Shown in pieces: positions 59,889 through 64,000 of a stretch of DNA of 64,000 nucleotides. Source of the DNA: a virus. A program made the position numbers and the translations under genes. Where the stretch lies: positions 32,001 through 96,000 of IMG/VR virus record IMGVR_UViG_3300049324_000002; one strand, given 5' to 3'. The notes beneath the pieces are model-generated. The model was not told the origin of the DNA, did not search any database, and saw only the letters and a program-made list of their open reading frames with translations. Position 1 is the stretch's first letter; each line of letters begins with the position of its first letter.

Positions 59889-60152
59889 TCAGGAAACCTT
59901 CACACCCTTACCAGTCTTCTCCACAGACGCGTACCACTTACGACTCTTCGCTGGATCAGGGCCAACCACATTAAGAATCGTACCAGCAGGAACCTCATCG
60001 CCACGAATCAAAGACTGCGAACCAAACTGTGACGTAGGATAAAAAGTAATGGTCTGAGGATTCTTCTTTATAGCCTCACCTAAAGCTTTCTTAGTAGGAA
60101 CATTACTACCATCAGCGTTCCTAGCACCAACATTAATGTGATCAGCCATCAC
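59889..60152 (-). CDS. Hypothetical protein
   Basis: 'TKKAL.E...VVGPDP...RKWYA.V' pattern. Confidence 0.65.
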   Translation of the reverse strand: MMADHINVGARNADGSNVPTKKALGEAIKKNPQTITFYPTSQFGSQSLIRGDEVPAGTILNVVGPDPAKSRKWYASVEKTGKGVKVS

Positions 60153-60766
60153 GAACTCCCAGCAGTAGCAGGATCATACAACTTAGGCTGTATGACACGA
60201 ACACCAGAATCAGACCCAGCGGAAATATGTCTCGACACCATACGAGTATTCAACCGCTCACGATCCGACAAAATATCGGCAAGCAACTCAATCACAGGCC
60301 AATTACGTAAGATGATTTTATCAGTCTCAAGCCTTGCACCAGCCTCACTAAAGTCTTCGAGATGCTGAGCAATATTACGATAATTATTCATATCAGTGCC
60401 AGATCCAGGACGAGTAATACCACGCGCCTCCGATATCGAAAACCCATACGTCCTAGACAACCACAACGACTCAGCCTCTTGACCAGCAAGACAACCATAA
60501 CAAAGGATCTTCAAATCCTCCCAATCAATCACATACTGAAGCTTCTCACCATAAGACTTAGGCATCGTCCAACACGTCTCACCAGAAAACTGTGAACTAA
60601 GGAAAGCCTTCTGAATGGTTACACTCGTCACCACCAACCCGGCCAGGGAGCGTAACAGCGCATGCCCCATCTCATGGACGGCGGTACCGACACGCCAATC
60701 AATCTCAACAGTCTCCACGGAGGATCCTACCGAGAATGAAGCTGCCGTAAAGCCTCCCGCTTCCAC
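60149..60766 (-). CDS. FtsH/M41-like Zn metallopeptidase domain protein
   Basis: 'AVHEMGHA', 'LAGQEAE', 'GSGTD'; no AAA domain. Confidence 0.8.
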   Translation of the reverse strand: MEAGGFTAASFSVGSSVETVEIDWRVGTAVHEMGHALLRSLAGLVVTSVTIQKAFLSSQFSGETCWTMPKSYGEKLQYVIDWEDLKILCYGCLAGQEAESLWLSRTYGFSISEARGITRPGSGTDMNNYRNIAQHLEDFSEAGARLETDKIILRNWPVIELLADILSDRERLNTRMVSRHISAGSDSGVRVIQPKLYDPATAGSS

Positions 60767-60836
60767 TCCACCCTCGCCCGCCTACGCGCGTGCAACCCCA
60801 CCCCAAGCACCCACGACGAAAACACCACCACCGTAA

Positions 60837-62684
60837 CTAGCATGCATCATCGTACCGACAAACCTGATTACCAAACCACTTACCATGCACACGACGAAAA
60901 TGCTTCTCGCCATCACTCCAAACCTGCACAACCAACGTCCCGTACTTATCAGCAGGAACTACAACACGAACAGTATAAGACTTATAAGGCCAAGCAGGAA
61001 TACGATAAGAAAGCTGCCATACCTCATCGAAAGAAGGACTCGGCACCGCACCCATCTAAACTCCTAACTCAGCTTCCTGTCGAAATCAGACAACGGTATT
61101 GTACGAACATAATTCTGGTAATCGACTCTGACAACTTTCTCCTCGTCTGGAAGAGACAGAATAAACACTTCAACCGGGCCGTAAGGAGAACCTCGCTTCA
61201 ACACCCATCTCTCACAAGGCTCAGGATTAACCATCACTCTTCAATCTCTTCAAGAAAATCATTAATATCAACATAAGCAACAACCGTACGAAGAACGCGA
61301 ACCCGGCCATCAGTAGATGGCTCCTGTACTACGCGCACAGTCTCAGTAGCGCCATTTGCAACGCCCAAAGTAGCAACAATCCACCACTCACCGGGAGCAG
61401 GCTCCATTTTATTATGGTCGAAAGCCATATCATCCATCTCCTTCCGCAAGAAATGCGCGAGCCGCCGTAAGTCCGCTAGGAGTGAGAACAATAACAGCGC
61501 CAATATTAGCGTCAAGCTCAAGGCGACCGAAATAATCAGGTAGTCCATTTGGCGTACCTCTTAATTCAATAAAGCTCCAATCAAGAAGCTCCTGGATAAC
61601 ACCATTATGGTACGTATTCATACGAACCAAATCACCAAGAGGATTAAGAATAATCAATCCATACTTACGAACAGTATCAGACGCAATAACAAGATAGCTA
61701 GTAGAGTCATTAACATCTTCCAACTCTTCCAGCAACTGCCGTGCTTCATCACTTATAGAAGGCAACCCTCGATCAGACATCGGAACACCATTCCTCAATC
61801 CATACAACGAATCCCCATACAATGACTTCCAGTACAACCCAAACCTATGAACTAAATCACAAGCCTCCTCCAAAGTAATTTCTCGGTTTTCAGGAACCCA
61901 CATTATGACTCCCTAAGATCCGATACATTAACAAGCACGCTAGTCATCTTCAAAGTAAACCCAACCAAGACAGTACCATCCTCAGAAGGATAATCCTCAA
62001 GCTCAACAAGCAATTGCTGTGAGGGCACTGGAATACTCATGCCAGAACGACCAACGAGAGTAACAATTTTGCCTGGATAAAGTCTCATCTCTTAACTCGC
62101 TATCTCTTGTAAATCAGACGCATGAACATGAGTATAAACCATAAACGAAACTAACACAGTACCATCATCAAGAAGAGGGGGACGCTCAACCCACACTATC
62201 AAATCACTAGGAAGACGAATATCCAACTGTGCATCATCACGCAAAACCATATGACGACCACTATCAATATTCATCACAAATGCCTTTCCGCCAAATCACT
62301 TACATGCACTAAACAAGTACATCTCACAGAAACCAACCCTGCATCATTCGGGCCATTCATAATCTTCACTGCACGCCCCGTAAAATTAGGGACTGCGTGC
62401 GGCGCAAGAAAATAGTACTCGCCAGGGTGTACAGGACGAACCGGCTCAAGATCCGGCTGCTCCAGCGCCAGTATCGTCTCCCTACGAGGCCACGTGTCAC
62501 GACCACGATGCCACTCCATCTCGGGCTCTGTCCAAACATCCAACTCAAGGATATATACCTCGCGAGTGATATCGTAACCAATCACAGTAGCCGAACCACC
62601 AAGCTGATACGAGTCAGGATCCTCCATACAAAAAACACGCGCGCCATTAGGATAACGATCAAACGGAGGAAGATCCGACATCAC
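60837..62684 (-). CDS. Small genes including paralog family C (61064-61234, 61234-~61428, 61903, 62092, C-terminus of 62274) and ORFs 60837 and 61430
   Basis: SH3-like pattern PG...V.h...P..DG.V.V.....V.h.DL. Confidence 0.65.
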
Positions 62685-62789
62685 AACTCCTAGCGGTAGA
62701 ACAGATGGTTAGCGTAATTCGTACCAAGATTAATTCCATAACACAAAGCCAAAACCAGAACAACAACACCAAGAACTAAAACAGTCCAG

Positions 62790-63026
62790 TTAACTCTCAT
62801 CCGCAAGACCCAACTCCCTCTCCAACGCCTCCACCCGACCAGCCAACTCGATGCCAAAATCAGTCATCACATGCCTAGCCATAGCGCCCGCACAAGCCGA
62901 ACGCTCCGCGCTATCCGCAGGAAACAACGTAACAGGGAAACAATCAGCAACAGCAAAACACTTATTCTTCCATTCCTTCAACTCAGTAAGAACTGCCTGC
63001 TTCTCAGCCTTCACATAACTATCCAT
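62790..63026 (-). CDS. Hypothetical protein
   Basis: Likely start MDSYVK. Confidence 0.5.
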   Translation of the reverse strand: MDSYVKAEKQAVLTELKEWKNKCFAVADCFPVTLFPADSAERSACAGAMARHVMTDFGIELAGRVEALERELGLADES

Positions 63027-63154
63027 CACAACCCCAATGCCAGGCAGATCGCAAACAGGACACCACCGACAGTCACGAAAAAGAACACCAGCGGTAGCAG
63101 CATGACACCTCCTACCGAGAACTACAGTCACTACCAGCAACACCAACAAGTACA

Positions 63155-63183
63155 ACTCTACAGGCTCAATGCAAGATTGTCAA
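63155..63183 (-). promoter_or_regulatory. SigA-type early promoter
   Basis: TTGACA-17-TAGAGT. Confidence 0.75.
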
Positions 63184-63331
63184 CTATGCAGGATCACGAG
63201 GTCCCTCCGATCCATCTTCCCGGGGGGCAAATCCAGGGAGCGATCGATCGTAGATCAGTAGACACCGTACATGCGAGGGCGTGACCAGCACATACAAGAA
63301 TTACTGGCGAATACAGAAAGCAAGCGCAACG

Positions 63332-63861
63332 TCAGCCAGTAATAACATGCCAACCTTTAATGATAGTGTAACCAACCACCAATCTATCAAAACCATCAGA
63401 ATGCACAAGAACGGGAGAGTCACCAAGAAAATGTGACTTCACCATATCCAACACTAACCCGGCCGCATACTCATACTGACAAGCATACTCAGTCTGATCA
63501 GACATACCATCAAAATAAGATTCCAAAATCCTATTCAACTCTGCAGCCCAATCAGTAGCCGCATCCATACAAGCGGGAGAAGTCACTAACTTATTCATCG
63601 ATTAACAACCGCCATCCACTGATCAAGCCAAAACCAAACCACCATCATCTGATCAAGAGACACCAACACCGGGTCATCAGTAATAAACGCACTACGAGTA
63701 GGATGAATCTTCACACCACCAACCTCAAAGTAAAGACCAGCCGCAAACAAAACATCCTCAACATCTAAATCCTTGTCGCGCATACGATCATTAAGACGCA
63801 GAGCCCACGCATTCGCCTCCCCAACATAAAAAGCATTAGTCACAAGCTCAGAAGTATTCAT
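63332..63861 (-). CDS. Paralog pair D (63332-63598, 63595-63861)
   Basis: Shared LVT......A..WA..LN...AAGL...F..D.PVLV. Confidence 0.7.
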
Positions 63862-64000
63862 CGTTGCCTCAACTTTATAGGAACTCTCACCCTAACAAGC
63901 TTACCATTCTCAACATCCCACGTCGCATGCAACACATCATACGTATTACCATGCAGCGCCACACGATCACTATCCGGGGGGACAGCCGGGAGAACCACAT

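Noticed and set aside
1-64000. Integrase, transposase, reverse transcriptase/DGR or tail sheath
   Set aside because: No such motifs recognised in this window, so lifestyle cannot be determined from it.

Overview
Part of a large actinobacterial siphovirus genome, almost entirely encoded on the minus strand with a strong G/T-rich coding-strand bias. About 1-28.5 kb is the virion and lysis module: tail tip, tape measure, frameshifted tail chaperones, tail tube, GT4 glycosyltransferase, head-tail genes, lambda-E-type capsid, protease/scaffold, topoisomerase IB, MuF, portal, terminase, holin, an Acb2/Tad1-like protein and an amidase. About 28.5-37 kb holds dnaX, a half Rad50/SbcC, six tRNAs and several tRNA-like or structured RNAs. 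About 37-64 kb holds dozens of small early genes (WhiB, RNase AS-like, MazG-like, four paralog families) and a seventh tRNA. The most striking feature is a stand-alone Cas7/RAMP-like gene (29737-30507) with no other cas gene or CRISPR in the window. It is preceded by a 7-unit non-coding array of 5-nt periodic motifs (NNNTC pentamer runs punctuated by GAC on the minus strand). The same grammar recurs as a ~4-kb array (49120-53107, roughly 110 units by length estimate) with its own candidate SigA-type promoter. Together these suggest a phage RNA-guided system whose guide information is interleaved with fixed bases. All product calls come from motif recognition and synteny; no database search was run.
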